NCBI GenBank assembly: GCA_963814585.1
Contig: CAWFDF010000011.1
Coordinates: 64,001 to 128,000 of the forward strand
Direction of reading: 5' to 3'
Origin: an uncultured delta proteobacterium
GTDB lineage: Bacteria > Myxococcota > Myxococcia > Myxococcales > Anaeromyxobacteraceae
Length of the DNA: 64,000 nt
Below are positions 9,901-21,561 of the stretch, one piece after another. Positions within the stretch are counted from its first letter, which is position 1. Every line of letters begins with the position of its first letter. A program made the position numbers and the translations under genes. The notes beneath the pieces are model-generated. The model did no database searches, had not been told where the DNA came from, and saw only the letters and a program-made list of their open reading frames with translations.

Positions 9901-10601
9901 TCGACATCAACGTCTACAAGGCACCGCTCGGCACCTCGATGGACGACCGGGTCCGGATCCAGCTGCTGGGCGTGGCGCTCAACGCCGTCAGCCAGGGGAT
10001 CGCCTACTACCACGCCGGCATCGACACGCTCCGCAGCAAGTCGATGGACCAGGACAGCTACAACTCCGGCGACTGGTTCAACCGGCTCGACTGGACCTAC
10101 TCCGGCAACAACTTCGGCGTGGGCTCGCCGGTCCAGGGCAAGAACGGGAACAACTGGTCGATCATCCAGCCGCTCCTCGCCAACCCGACGCTCCGCCCGG
10201 ATGCCGCGGCCATCGCCTTCGCCCGCGACGGCTTCCGCGACCTGCTGGCCATCCGCCAGAGCTCCACGCTCTTCCGGCTCCGGACCGCGGACGACGTGAA
10301 GGCCCGGCTCACCTTCCCCAACAGCGGCCCGGGGCAGCTGGCCACGGTGATGGCGGGGCACCTCGACGGCAGCGGTTACGCCGGCGCCGGCTTCCAGGAG
10401 GTGCTCTACCTGGTCAACGTCGACAAGGTGGCCCACGACCTCACGCTGGCCGGCCAGGCCGGCAAGGCCTGGGTGCTCCATCCGGTGCAGGCCGCGGCCA
10501 GCGCCGCCGACCAGCGGCCCCGCACGGCGGCGGCCTTCGCCTCCGGCACCGGCACCTTCACCGTGCCGCCCCGCACGGCCGTGGTCTACGTCGTCAACTG
10601 A
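6930..10601 (+). CDS. pulA: Pullulanase-type alpha-1,6-glucosidase (GH13) lipoprotein with two CBM41-like modules
   Basis: Lipobox LAGAC; two IHY/VHY-R-DG...WGLH modules; [34 protein letters not shown]. Confidence 0.93.
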   Translation: MTMPRLAVNAHPARALLAVGLVTLAGACSSSSSSPGADLSACDGNVMVTLNAVAVAPGPVCDPTKPTTLKIHYHRDDGDYAGWGLHVWTLVPSASGAPVVTETAWASPLAQAGTDAFGVYFQPAVLASSGTVGYIFHKGDTKDLPDDQSYALKCGDNEIWRLSGDTATYLTAPPTGGVKDIATVRVHYRRFDGAFDQWGLHLFAAGGIDPARLPGLTLNDWSSPVPFSAMPGYAASADGSEVTFDIPVLNPVGDATRTALTFVIHGMPSNPNGGVDNKDGRSGDIVVNYARLTVAAQVGEVWLAQEDSSVYSVVPDLRSASTTDARAVWLTRQLIKWPKVDGTGAFKLYRSATARLLAPKDAKVTGADGALTLDVFTGTIPPDVATRFKYVSGGVVLSLRAADLAGIATMLRDQLVLVQEDGAGLVQNATTLQVAGALDDLYAAANAATADLGASPAAGQTAFKLWAPTARKVSLCTYDTGAGGATALDAMTFDAATGTWSVARPGDFSGKYYRYVVEVFARGVGMVRNLVTDPYSVSLTTDSKRSYVADLSATRLRPAGWDTAPSPPQPGAQTDLAIYELHVRDFSINDASVPLAHRGRYLAFTDATSDGMKHLKALATAGVTDIHLLPVFDLATVKENPADRVDLTSPFADLCARSPVPIAASRCAPFAGKTVGEALATFGPAATQQQEFVGYMAELDGFNWGYDPFHYTAPEGSYASDAADGATRVLEFRQMVMGLHQAGLRVGMDVVYNHTTAHGQGEKSVLDRIVPGYYHRLDAAGAVTKSTCCSNTATENAMMAKLMSDSVLTWATQYRIDSFRFDLMGHQPRSVMEAIKARLRAATGRDIHLLGEGWNFEEVKDGARFVQASQLSLNGSGIATFSDRARDRIRGGGPFDSGASLVANQGYVNGLSYDPNASGPTGAAAVNALAAAADMVRVGLAGSIRDYPLTAWDGTATTLQAVDYNGQPAGYVTSPDEVVNYVENHDNQTFFDINVYKAPLGTSMDDRVRIQLLGVALNAVSQGIAYYHAGIDTLRSKSMDQDSYNSGDWFNRLDWTYSGNNFGVGSPVQGKNGNNWSIIQPLLANPTLRPDAAAIAFARDGFRDLLAIRQSSTLFRLRTADDVKARLTFPNSGPGQLATVMAGHLDGSGYAGAGFQEVLYLVNVDKVAHDLTLAGQAGKAWVLHPVQAAASAADQRPRTAAAFASGTGTFTVPPRTAVVYVVN

Positions 10602-10767
10602 GCTCGATCCGCTCCCTGGCGGCGTCCCCACCGCCGCCAGGGCTAGTGCCGCGCCCCAGGCCGCACCGGCGGGCCGGCCGGTTCCCGCCCCCCGCGCCGC
10701 CGTCGGGCCGCTCGCCTCCCGGCGGCCGGATGCGGTATGAAAACGGGCCCCTCCGCGAGGACCGCCC

Positions 10768-12132
10768 GTGAAGACGCTCGTGACCACCGCCCCCGACTTC
10801 GCCGACGCCTGGCGCGCCCGCTGCGCGCGCGGCTCGGACGAGGACGAGGCCCCGGTGCGGGAGGCGGCCGCGCGCGTGGTGGCCGACGTCCGGGCCCGGG
10901 GCGACGCGGCGCTGCTCGACTACACGGCCCGCTGGGATCGCTGGGTGCCGGCCTCGGCCGCCGCCCTGGCGCTGGGCCCCGCCGACTTCGCCGCCGCCTG
11001 GCGCGGCCTCCCCGACGCCGGCCGGAGGGCGCTGCAGCTGGCCGCCGATCGGGTCCGCGCCTTCCACGAGCGCGAGCGCGACGCCGAGGTGCCGGCCTTC
11101 ACCGACGCGCTGGGCGCCCGGCTGGCCCAGCTCACCCACCCGCTGGCCCGCGTCGGCCTGTACGTGCCGGGCGGCACCGCCCGCTATCCGTCCTCGGTGC
11201 TGATGACCGCCATCCCGGCCCGCGTCGCCGGCGTGCCCGAGGTGGTGGTGACCACGCCCGGCCTGCACGCCACCGGCGCGGTCGACGGCTGGACGCTGGC
11301 CGCCTGCCACGTCAGCCGGGTCTCCCGCCTCTTCAAGGTGGGTGGGGCCCAGGCGGTGGCGGCGCTGGCCTACGGCACCGCCACCGTGCCGGCGGTCGAC
11401 AAGATCTGCGGCCCCGGCAACGCCTACGTGGCGGCCGCCAAGCGGCTGGTCTTCGGGCAGGTGGACATCGACATGATCGCCGGCCCCAGCGAGATCCTGG
11501 TGCTGGCCGACGCCGGGGCCATGGCCGAGGAGGTGGCGGCCGACCTGCTGGCCCAGGCCGAGCACGACGTCCGTGCCGTCGCCGTGCTGGTGACGCCGTC
11601 GAGGGCGCTGGCGGCGGCGGTCGGCCTCGAGGTGGAGCGCCAGCTGGCCGGCCTGCCGCGCCGGGAGATCGCCGGCCGCGCCATCGCCGAGCGGGGCGCC
11701 GTGGTGGTGACCCGGTCCCTGGCCGAGGCGGTCCGCCTCGCCGACCAGTTCGCGCCCGAGCACCTCGCCGTCCACGCCGCCGGGGCGCGGAAGCTGCTGC
11801 CCAGGCTGTCTCGCGCCGGCGCCGTCTTCGTGGGCGCCTCCACGCCCGAGGCGGTGGGCGACTACCTGGCCGGCCCGAGCCACGTGCTCCCCACCGCCGG
11901 CACCGCTCGCTTCGCCTCGCCGCTCTCGGTGGCCACCTTCCGGCGCCGCCAGAGCGTGCTCGAGTTCACGCCGCGGGCGCTGGCCGCGGTGGCGCCGGCG
12001 GTCGAGGCGCTGGCGGGGGCCGAGGGGCTGGAGGGCCACTGGCGGGCGGTGCGGGTGAGGGTCGAGGGGAGGCGGATCAAGCCTGCGAGGCGGGTCAAGC
12101 GGTCGAGCTCGAAGCGCCGAGGGAGGACCTGA
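10768..12132 (+). CDS. hisD: Histidinol dehydrogenase
   Basis: GLYVPGG, GGAQAVAALAYG, GPGNAYV, DMIAGPSE, QAEHD, APEHL, GDYLAGPSHVLPT. Confidence 0.97.
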   Translation: MKTLVTTAPDFADAWRARCARGSDEDEAPVREAAARVVADVRARGDAALLDYTARWDRWVPASAAALALGPADFAAAWRGLPDAGRRALQLAADRVRAFHERERDAEVPAFTDALGARLAQLTHPLARVGLYVPGGTARYPSSVLMTAIPARVAGVPEVVVTTPGLHATGAVDGWTLAACHVSRVSRLFKVGGAQAVAALAYGTATVPAVDKICGPGNAYVAAAKRLVFGQVDIDMIAGPSEILVLADAGAMAEEVAADLLAQAEHDVRAVAVLVTPSRALAAAVGLEVERQLAGLPRREIAGRAIAERGAVVVTRSLAEAVRLADQFAPEHLAVHAAGARKLLPRLSRAGAVFVGASTPEAVGDYLAGPSHVLPTAGTARFASPLSVATFRRRQSVLEFTPRALAAVAPAVEALAGAEGLEGHWRAVRVRVEGRRIKPARRVKRSSSKRRGRT

Positions 12133-12770
12133 TGGCGGCCAGGAAGGCGAAGTCGGTGTCGACGCCGAAGTCGAACCCGAAGTCGAAGCCGGGGCAGGGC
12201 CGGATCGCCCGCAAGACGAAGGAGACCGACGTGGCGGTGACGCTGGCGCTCGGCGGCGTCGAGTGCCGGACCGCGACCGGCCTGCCGTTCTTCGATCACA
12301 TGCTGGCGCAGCTGTCCCGCCACGGAGGCCTCTCGCTGCGGGTCAGGGCGCGCGGCGACCTCGAGGTCGACGCCCACCACACCGTCGAGGACGTCGGCAT
12401 CGCCATCGGCGAGGCGCTGCGCGCGGCGCTGGGCGACAAGGCCGGGCTGGCCCGCTACGGCCACGCCGTGGTGCCGCTCGACGAGGCGCTGGTGGAGGCG
12501 GTCGTCGACCTCTCCGGCCGGCCGCACCTCACCTTCAACGCCCACCTGCCGAGCGGGAAGAAGTTCATCGGCGGCTACGACGTGGATCTCACCCAGGACT
12601 TCCTGCAGGCCCTCTGCAACCACGCCCGGATCTGCCTCCACGTCAACGTGCGCTACGGGCGGAACCTCCACCACGTCGTCGAGGCCACCTTCAAGGCGGT
12701 GGCCCGCGCGCTGCGCGCCGCCACGGTGCGCGAGGGGACGGCCCTGCCCTCGACCAAGGGCGTGCTGTGA
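12132..12770 (+). CDS. hisB: Imidazoleglycerol-phosphate dehydratase
   Basis: RKTKETD, FFDHML, DAHHTVEDVGI, NLHHVVEATFKA, STKGVL. ATG at 12132 overlaps the hisD stop and follows GGAGG. Confidence 0.97.
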   Translation: MAARKAKSVSTPKSNPKSKPGQGRIARKTKETDVAVTLALGGVECRTATGLPFFDHMLAQLSRHGGLSLRVRARGDLEVDAHHTVEDVGIAIGEALRAALGDKAGLARYGHAVVPLDEALVEAVVDLSGRPHLTFNAHLPSGKKFIGGYDVDLTQDFLQALCNHARICLHVNVRYGRNLHHVVEATFKAVARALRAATVREGTALPSTKGVL

Positions 12771-12801
12771 AGGCGAGGCCCATGCCCGCGAGAGCCGCGC
12801 C

Positions 12802-13413
12802 GTGAGCCTGCCGGGCACCGTCGCCCTCGTCGACTACGGCGCCGGCAACCTGCGCTCGGTGGAGAACGCGCTGCGCGAGGTCGGGGCCCGGGTGGTGGTG
12901 ACGCGAGACCCGGCCGCGGTGCGCGCCGCCGACCGGGTGGTGGTCCCCGGGCAGGGGGCCATGCCGGCCTGCGCCGAGGCCATGCGCGGCAGCGGCGTCG
13001 AGGCGGCCCTGCGCGAGGTGATCGCCCGCGGCACGCCGGTGCTGGGCATCTGCGTCGGCCTGCAGATCCTCTTCACCGACGGGGAGGAGGCGGGGGGGGC
13101 GCGGGGGCTCGGCCTGGTGCCCGGCACCGTGCGCAGGCTCCCCGCCGAGGTGCGGCTGCCCCACATCGGCTGGTCGAGGCTGAGCGCGGCCGGGCCGCTC
13201 CACCCGATCTTCGCGCCGCTCGACGGGAAGTACGTCTACTTCGCCCACAGCTACGCCGCCCCGGCCGACGCCCCCGGCACCCAGCTCACCGCCACCCACG
13301 GCCGGCCCTTCTGCGCCGGGCTGGCGCGCGGCCACCTCTTCGCGGTCCAGTTCCACCCGGAGAAGAGCCAGCAGGTCGGGCTCGACTTCCTGCGCCGCTT
13401 CGTGGGGCTCTAG
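12802..13413 (+). CDS. hisH: Imidazole glycerol phosphate synthase, glutaminase subunit
   Basis: [34 protein letters not shown]. Confidence 0.97.
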   Translation: MSLPGTVALVDYGAGNLRSVENALREVGARVVVTRDPAAVRAADRVVVPGQGAMPACAEAMRGSGVEAALREVIARGTPVLGICVGLQILFTDGEEAGGARGLGLVPGTVRRLPAEVRLPHIGWSRLSAAGPLHPIFAPLDGKYVYFAHSYAAPADAPGTQLTATHGRPFCAGLARGHLFAVQFHPEKSQQVGLDFLRRFVGL

Positions 13414-14139
13414 ATGCTGGTGATCCCGGCCATCGATCTCATGGGGGGCGAGGCGGTCCGCCTGCAGAAGGGGGACTTCGCCACCAAGCAGGTCTACTCG
13501 CGCCACCCGGCCGAGGAGGCCGAGAAGTTCGCCGCCGCCGGCGCCACGCTGCTCCACGTCGTCGACCTCGACGGGGCCAGGGCCGGCTGGCCGGTCAACC
13601 TCTCCACGGTGGCCGAGCTCTGCGCCGTGAAGGGGCTCGAGGTCGAGCTGGGCGGGGGCCTGCGGACGCTCCCCGACATCGAGAAGGTGCTGGCGCTGGG
13701 GGTCTCGGCGGTGGTGCTGGGCACCGCGGCGGTGGAGCGGCTGGACCTGGTCCGGCAGGCCTGCGAGAGGTTCCCGGGCCGGGTCCGCTGCGGCATCGAC
13801 GCCCGCCACGGCGAGGTGAAGGTGGCCGGCTGGCTGGAGGGCTCCGGCCTCAGGGCCGCCGAGGTGGCGCGGCGGGTCAAGGAGGCCGGCGTGACGCTGG
13901 TCGAGTACACCGACGTGGCCCGCGACGGCATGTTCACCGGCGTCGACGCCGCCGGCGCGGCGGCGCTGCAGGCCGAGGCGGGGGTGCCGGTGGTGGCCTC
14001 CGGCGGCGTGGCCGGCCTCGACGACATCCGGGCCTGCCTGGCCGCCGGCGTGGCCGGGGTCATCGTCGGCAAGGCGCTCTACGAGGGGCGCTTCAAGCTG
14101 GCCGACGCGGTGGCGCTGGCGGCCGGGAAGGGTGCCTAG
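13414..14139 (+). CDS. hisA: ProFAR isomerase
   Basis: [46 protein letters not shown]. Confidence 0.96.
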   Translation: MLVIPAIDLMGGEAVRLQKGDFATKQVYSRHPAEEAEKFAAAGATLLHVVDLDGARAGWPVNLSTVAELCAVKGLEVELGGGLRTLPDIEKVLALGVSAVVLGTAAVERLDLVRQACERFPGRVRCGIDARHGEVKVAGWLEGSGLRAAEVARRVKEAGVTLVEYTDVARDGMFTGVDAAGAAALQAEAGVPVVASGGVAGLDDIRACLAAGVAGVIVGKALYEGRFKLADAVALAAGKGA

Positions 14140-14144
14140 CCGAC

Positions 14145-14912
14145 ATGCCCGCCAAGCGGATCATCCCCTGCCTCGACGTCAAGGACGGGCGCGTCGTCAA
14201 GGGGGTCAAGTTCCAGAACCTGCGCGACGCCGGCGACCCGGTCGAGGCGGCCGCCCGCTACGACGCCCAGGGGGCCGACGAGATCACCTACCTCGACATC
14301 GCCGCCACGCTGGAGAACCGCGGCACGCTCCTCGACCTGGTGAGCCGGACCGCGGCCCGGGTCTTCGCCCCGCTCACCGTGGGCGGCGGGGTGCGCAGCG
14401 AGGCCGACTTCGTGGCGCTGCTGCGCGCCGGGGCCGACAAGGTGAGCGTCAACTCCTCGGCGGTGAAGGACCCGGGCCTGGTGGACCGGCTCTCCGCCCT
14501 CGCCGGGGCGCAGGCGCTGGTGGTGGCGGTCGACGTCAAGCGCCGGCCTCGCCTGGAGGGGCGCGCGCAGGAGTGGGAGGTCCACGTGGCCGGCGGCTCG
14601 AGGCCGACCGGGCGCGAGGGGCTGGCCTGGATCCGCGAGGTGGCCGACCGCGGCGCCGGCGAGCTGCTGCTCACCTCGATGGACCGCGACGGTACGCAGG
14701 CCGGCTACGACCTCGAGCTGCTGGAGCGGGTGGCCGCGGCGGTGCGCATCCCGGTCATCGCCTCGGGCGGGGTGGGGACCCTGGCCCACCTCGCCGAGGG
14801 GCTGCGCTTCGCCGACGCGGCGCTGGCCGCCTCGATCTTCCACGACGGCACGCACACGGTCGGCGAGGCCAAGAGGTACCTGCTGGAGCGTGGCGTGGAG
14901 GTGCGGCCATGA
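14145..14912 (+). CDS. hisF: Imidazole glycerol phosphate synthase, cyclase subunit
   Basis: [47 protein letters not shown]. Confidence 0.97.
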   Translation: MPAKRIIPCLDVKDGRVVKGVKFQNLRDAGDPVEAAARYDAQGADEITYLDIAATLENRGTLLDLVSRTAARVFAPLTVGGGVRSEADFVALLRAGADKVSVNSSAVKDPGLVDRLSALAGAQALVVAVDVKRRPRLEGRAQEWEVHVAGGSRPTGREGLAWIREVADRGAGELLLTSMDRDGTQAGYDLELLERVAAAVRIPVIASGGVGTLAHLAEGLRFADAALAASIFHDGTHTVGEAKRYLLERGVEVRP

Positions 14913-15400
14913 GTGGAGCGACGGCGCAGGCGGCCCTGCTGGGGCTGGTCAGGTTCGACGAGCGGGGGCTGGTGCCGGTGGTGACCCAGGAGGCCGACGG
15001 CACGGTGCTGATGCTGGCCTGGGCCAGCCGGGAGGCGCTGGCCCGGACCCTCGCCACCGGGCGCGGCACCTACTGGTCGCGCAGCCGCAAGGCCCTCTGG
15101 CGCAAGGGGGACACCTCCGGCCACGTCCAGGAGGTCCTCTCGGTCTCGGTGGACTGCGACGGCGACGCCGTGCTCTACGTGGTCCGGCAGTCCGGGCCGG
15201 CCTGCCACACCGGGGAGCGGAGCTGCTTCCACACCACCCAGGAGATCACATGGCCGACGAGCGGTTCCTCGCGACCCTCTGGAAGACCATCGAAGCGCGC
15301 CGCGACGACCCGGCCGCCTTCGAGAGCTACACCCGCAAGCTCCTCGCGGCCCCGGCCAAGGCCCGCCGCAAGGTCATCGAGGAGGCCTACGAGGTCGTAG
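14909..15400 (+). CDS. hisI: Phosphoribosyl-AMP cyclohydrolase (ORF extends about 50 codons into hisE)
   Basis: [36 protein letters not shown] at 14909 overlaps the hisF stop. Confidence 0.92.
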   Translation: MSGATAQAALLGLVRFDERGLVPVVTQEADGTVLMLAWASREALARTLATGRGTYWSRSRKALWRKGDTSGHVQEVLSVSVDCDGDAVLYVVRQSGPACHTGERSCFHTTQEITWPTSGSSRPSGRPSKRAATTRPPSRATPASSSRPRPRPAARSSRRPTRS

Positions 15401-15576
15401 AGGCCCAGCAGGGGCTCCTGGCCGGCCAGGACACCGCCGAGCACGTGGCGCTGGAGGCGGCCGACCTCGTCTACCACCTGTTCGTGGTGCTGGCCTCGGC
15501 GGGGGTCACCCCCGGGCAGGTCTACGAGGTGCTGGAGCGCCGCCACGGGCCGGGCCAGCCGCCCCGAAGTCCTTGA
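15250..15576 (+). CDS. hisE: Phosphoribosyl-ATP pyrophosphohydrolase
   Basis: [31 protein letters not shown] immediately upstream of ATG 15250. Confidence 0.92.
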   Translation: MADERFLATLWKTIEARRDDPAAFESYTRKLLAAPAKARRKVIEEAYEVVEAQQGLLAGQDTAEHVALEAADLVYHLFVVLASAGVTPGQVYEVLERRHGPGQPPRSP

Positions 15577-15601
15577 CAAGTTGGCGAATTCTTTCTAAGT
15601 C
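15573..15601 (+). promoter_or_regulatory. Putative sigma70 promoter of the rpsU-yqeY-dnaG-rpoD operon
   Basis: Perfect TTGACA at 15573, 17-nt spacer, TAAGTC; AT-rich patch about 100 nt upstream of rpsU. Confidence 0.6.
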
Positions 15602-15702
15602 CCCCGTTCCAACCGTGCGCTTGAGCCGGGTGCCCCAGGGCATCCGGCTTTGCGCTTTCGTGAGCCCCTCACGAAGCCAATCCGAAAGGTCCGAGGCGAA
15701 GA

Positions 15703-15897
15703 ATGACCGGAGTGCGTGTCAAGGAAGGCGAGTCCTTCGAGAACGCGATGAAGCGCTTCAAGAAGCAGTGCGAGAAGGCCGGCATCCTCTCGGAGATCCG
15801 CAAGCGCGAGCACTACGAGAAGCCGAGCGTGAAGCGCAAGAAGAAGGCGCTGGCCGCCAAGAAGCGCGCCATGAAGAAGTCGCGGAAGTCCTACTAG
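15703..15897 (+). CDS. rpsU: 30S ribosomal protein S21
   Basis: [43 protein letters not shown]. Confidence 0.98.
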   Translation: MTGVRVKEGESFENAMKRFKKQCEKAGILSEIRKREHYEKPSVKRKKKALAAKKRAMKKSRKSY

Positions 15898-15929
15898 GCC
15901 GCGCGCCGCCGCACCACCCGGGCCCACCC

Positions 15930-16379
15930 ATGGCGCTCAAGGATCAGCTCGACTCGGACCTGAAGGCGTCGATGCGCGAGAAGGACGCGGTGAGGCTCTC
16001 CGTGGTCCGGATGCTCAAGAGCGCCATCAAGTACCGCGAGATCGAGGCCATGAAGCCGCTCGACGAGCCCGGGGTGCTGCAGGTGGTCTCGGGCGAGATC
16101 AAGCGGCACAAGGACTCCATCGAGCAGTACCGGGCCGGGAACCGGCCGGAGCTGGTGGAGCAGGAGGAGGCCGAGCTGGCCATCCTCCTCCGCTACCTGC
16201 CGGCGCAGCTCGGCGAGGCGGAGCTGAAGTCGCTGGTCGAGGCGGCGGTGGTGAAGACCGGCGCGGCCGGCCCGCGCGACATGGGGACGGTGATGAAGGC
16301 GCTCCTGCCGGACGTGCAGGGCAAGGCCGATGGCAAGCTGGTCTCCGAGCTGGTGAAGGCTCGCCTCTCGGGGAAGTGA
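15930..16379 (+). CDS. GatB/YqeY domain protein
   Basis: MALKDQLDSDLKASMREKD...RMLKSAI...DSIEQY...YLPAQL...DMGTVMK...GKADG; conserved position after rpsU. Confidence 0.93.
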   Translation: MALKDQLDSDLKASMREKDAVRLSVVRMLKSAIKYREIEAMKPLDEPGVLQVVSGEIKRHKDSIEQYRAGNRPELVEQEEAELAILLRYLPAQLGEAELKSLVEAAVVKTGAAGPRDMGTVMKALLPDVQGKADGKLVSELVKARLSGK

Positions 16380-16394
16380 CCGGGAGGGGAACAC

Positions 16395-18278
16395 CTGATC
16401 CCCGACGAGGTCATCGAGGAGATCAAGGCCCGCGTGGACGTGGTGGCGCTGATCGGCCGCCACGTCGAGCTGAAGCGGGCTGGCCGGACGTGGCGGGGCT
16501 GCTGTCCCTTCCACGGGGAGCGGACGCCGAGCTTCCACGTCTACACCGAGGACAAGCACTACAAGTGCTACGGGTGCGGCGAGTACGGCAACGTCTTCAC
16601 GTTCCTGCAGAAGCTGCAGGGCAAGGAGTTTCCCGAGGTGGTGCGCGAGCTGGCCGCCGAGGTGGGGATCGAGATCCCCGAGGCCGACGCGCAGGAGACG
16701 GCCGAGGCGCAGCGCCGCCGCAAGGAGCGGAACGAGCTCCAGGCCGCCTGCGACGCGGCGGCCCGCTACTGGGCGGCGCGGCTGGCCAGCAGCTGGGGCC
16801 AGCCGGCGCGGGCCTACCTGGCGTCGCGAGGCGTGGCCGAGGAGCAGGCCAGGGCGTTCCGCCTGGGGGTGGCGGCGCCGGGCTGGGACGACCTGCTGCC
16901 GCGGTTGAAGGAGAAGGGGATCGGTGAGGCGGCGGTGAGGAAGGCCGGGTTGCTGGTCGAGAAGGAGGACGGCCGGAGCTACGACCGCTTCCGGGGACGG
17001 CTGATGTTCCCAATCTCCGGGCTCGACGGGCAGGTGATCGGGTTCGGGGCGAGGGCCATGGGCGAGGAGAAGGGTGCCAAGTACATCAACACCCCGGAGA
17101 CCCCGCTCTACAAGAAGAGCCGGGTGCTCTACGGGCTGGACCTGGCGCGCGAGGCGATCCGGAAGACCCGGACCGCGGTGCTGGTGGAGGGCTACTTCGA
17201 CGTGATCGGATTGCACCAGGCGGGCGTGAAGAACGCCGTGGCGGTCTGCGGCACGGCGCTGACGCCGGAGCACGTGGAGCTGCTGAAGCGCTGCGACTGC
17301 CGCGAGGTCACCGTCCTGTTCGACGGCGACCTGGCCGGCCTGGCCGCGCCCGGCAAGGCCGCGGCCGCGCTCTTCCCCTCCGGGCTGGCCGGCAAGGTGG
17401 CCCTGCTCCCGGCCGGTGAGGCCAAGCTGGACCCCGACGACTTCGCCCGCGCCCACGGCAAGGCCGGGGTCGACGCCCTGCTGGCCGCCGCCCTGCCGCT
17501 CTCGCAGTTCCTCATCGATCGGGCCGTGGAGAAGACCTGCGGCGCCGAGCCGAGGACGGCGGCGCTGGAGGCCAAGCTGGCCGCGGTGGCCGAGCTGGCG
17601 CCGCTCACCAGGCTGGCGCCCGAGGGGCTGGCGCGCGGCGTCTTCGAGGAGGCGGTGGCCCGGAAGCTCGATCTCGATCTCGAGGCGCTGCGGCGGGAGC
17701 TGGCCGGGGCGCGGCCGGCGCGGGCCGAGGAGCCGCCGGCCGAGGCCGATCGACCCCCGGAGCAGATCGCCTGGCGGCGTGACCGCCGGCCGGGCCAGGC
17801 CTCCCCGGGTCCTGTGGCCTCCCAGCGGGTCCAGGCGGTGCTGCCCGGGCCGGCCGTGGATGCGCTCAGCCTGCTCATCGCCTACGGGGACCTGGCCCCG
17901 GCGGCCGCCGAGGAGAACCTCCCGGCGCTGCTGCCGGCCGGACCGCTGGCCGAGCTGGCCCGGGACCTGATCCGGGGGCCGATGACGCGGGAGGCGGCGC
18001 TGGCCCGGCTGGCCGAGGCCGCCGAGCCGCTGCGCCGGCGGGTCGAGGCCTTGACCGGCCCGGGGGGCGTGGAGCGTGGCGTGGCCGAGCCGCTGCTGCG
18101 GCGCGCCGCCATCAAGGCCGCCATCGCGGTGGTGGTGGCCCGCCAGGAGCAGTGCAACGCCCGCATCGCCAGGGGTGGCTCGCCGGTCGCCGAGGACCTT
18201 CGCGTCGAGGCCGAGGTGGCGATGCGGCGCCGGGCCGAGCTGGAGAGGCGGTTGCGGGGGCTGGAGAGCGGCGGCTGA
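16395..18278 (+). CDS. dnaG: DNA primase (probable CTG start)
   Basis: CPFHGERTPSF...YKCYGC zinc finger, DRFRGRLMFPI, KYINTPET, VEGYFDV, FDGD TOPRIM. In-frame CTG 7 nt after GGAGG gives MIPDEVIEEIKARVD. Confidence 0.95.
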   Translation: MIPDEVIEEIKARVDVVALIGRHVELKRAGRTWRGCCPFHGERTPSFHVYTEDKHYKCYGCGEYGNVFTFLQKLQGKEFPEVVRELAAEVGIEIPEADAQETAEAQRRRKERNELQAACDAAARYWAARLASSWGQPARAYLASRGVAEEQARAFRLGVAAPGWDDLLPRLKEKGIGEAAVRKAGLLVEKEDGRSYDRFRGRLMFPISGLDGQVIGFGARAMGEEKGAKYINTPETPLYKKSRVLYGLDLAREAIRKTRTAVLVEGYFDVIGLHQAGVKNAVAVCGTALTPEHVELLKRCDCREVTVLFDGDLAGLAAPGKAAAALFPSGLAGKVALLPAGEAKLDPDDFARAHGKAGVDALLAAALPLSQFLIDRAVEKTCGAEPRTAALEAKLAAVAELAPLTRLAPEGLARGVFEEAVARKLDLDLEALRRELAGARPARAEEPPAEADRPPEQIAWRRDRRPGQASPGPVASQRVQAVLPGPAVDALSLLIAYGDLAPAAAEENLPALLPAGPLAELARDLIRGPMTREAALARLAEAAEPLRRRVEALTGPGGVERGVAEPLLRRAAIKAAIAVVVARQEQCNARIARGGSPVAEDLRVEAEVAMRRRAELERRLRGLESGG

Positions 18279-18380
18279 CCGGGCCGGGACCCCACCGGCG
18301 CGAAGGATGACCGGGCCAGGTTCCAGGCCCGCGGTTAGTGATCACGGGAGCTGCACCGAAGTCCAAGGAGTCGAGAGATC

Positions 18381-20657
<2,277 letters not shown>

Positions 20658-20701
20658 TCGCCGAGGAAAGTGGTACGACCGACCTGCCAGGCGCGCGGCT
20701 C

Positions 20702-20773
20702 GGGCCCATAGCTCAACGGCAGAGCCATCGGCTCATAACCGACCCGATCCAGGTTCAAATCCTGGTGGGCCCA
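20702..20773 (+). tRNA. tRNA with CAT anticodon, most likely tRNA-Ile2 (lysidine); CCA not encoded
   Basis: Cloverleaf: acceptor GGGCCCA/TGGGCCC, D arm GCTC/GAGC, anticodon loop CTCATAA, T arm CCAGG-TTCAAAT-CCTGG. Lacks initiator features; position after rpoD resembles E. coli ileX. Confidence 0.9.
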
Positions 20774-20809
20774 CATCACCGAGTCACCGATCACGCGAGG
20801 AGAGACGCC

Positions 20810-21553
20810 TTGTCGTTGCGAGAGAAGTTGAGGGTGCTGGAGGAGCTGCAGCAGATCGACCTCGACGCCCACCAGGCGCGGATCGGGCTGGAGGCCATCC
20901 CGGCCGAGCGGGCCAAGGTGGAGGCCCGCGTCAAGGCGGCCCGCAAGGCCTACGACGACCAGAAGGCCAGGCTGGAGGCCAACGAGCGGGAGCGGCGCCA
21001 GGTCGACACGCTGCTGGGCATGGACCGCGACAAGGTGAAGAAGTGGGAAGGGCGGCTCGGCGAGATCAAGACGCCACGGGAGTACGCCGCCATGTCGCGC
21101 GAGATCGACATCGCCAGGAAGTCGAACGAGACCCAGAGCGAGCAGGCCAAGGTGCTGGCCGCCGCCGCCATCGAGATCAGGATCGCGCTCGAGGACGGCG
21201 GCGAGGCGCTGGCCGAGGTCGAGGACGCCGCCCAGGTCGCCACCGCCAGGCTGGACCAGGCCACCGCCGAGGCCGAGGCCACGCTGGCCGCGCTGGCGGC
21301 CCGCCGGGCCACCGCGGCGACGCTGGTCGACGCCGGCCTGCTCGCCAAGTACGAGAACATCCGCAAGCGCCGGGCCGGCGTGGCCGTGGCCGCGGTGGTC
21401 GGATCGACCTGCAAGGGCTGCCACCGCAACATCCCGCCCCAGCTCTCCATCGTCCTGCAGCGGGCCAACACCATCGAGACCTGCCCCAGCTGCCACCGGA
21501 TCATCTACTCGCACGACGCCGTCAACCCGCCGGCGCCGCCGCCCCCGGCCTAG
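20810..21553 (+). CDS. Coiled-coil protein with C4-type zinc ribbon (DUF164/CT398-like)
   Basis: TTG start after GAGGAG; LEELQQID, long coiled coil, CKGC...CPSCHRII. Confidence 0.9.
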   Translation: MSLREKLRVLEELQQIDLDAHQARIGLEAIPAERAKVEARVKAARKAYDDQKARLEANERERRQVDTLLGMDRDKVKKWEGRLGEIKTPREYAAMSREIDIARKSNETQSEQAKVLAAAAIEIRIALEDGGEALAEVEDAAQVATARLDQATAEAEATLAALAARRATAATLVDAGLLAKYENIRKRRAGVAVAAVVGSTCKGCHRNIPPQLSIVLQRANTIETCPSCHRIIYSHDAVNPPAPPPPA

Positions 21554-21561
21554 CGGCGCCC

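Noticed and set aside
10602..10767. Terminator or his attenuator
   Set aside because: GC hairpins without a U-tract, and no His-codon leader peptide.
20702..20810. tRNA as an integration site for a mobile element
   Set aside because: No integrase and no duplicated tRNA 3' end seen; core genes continue.
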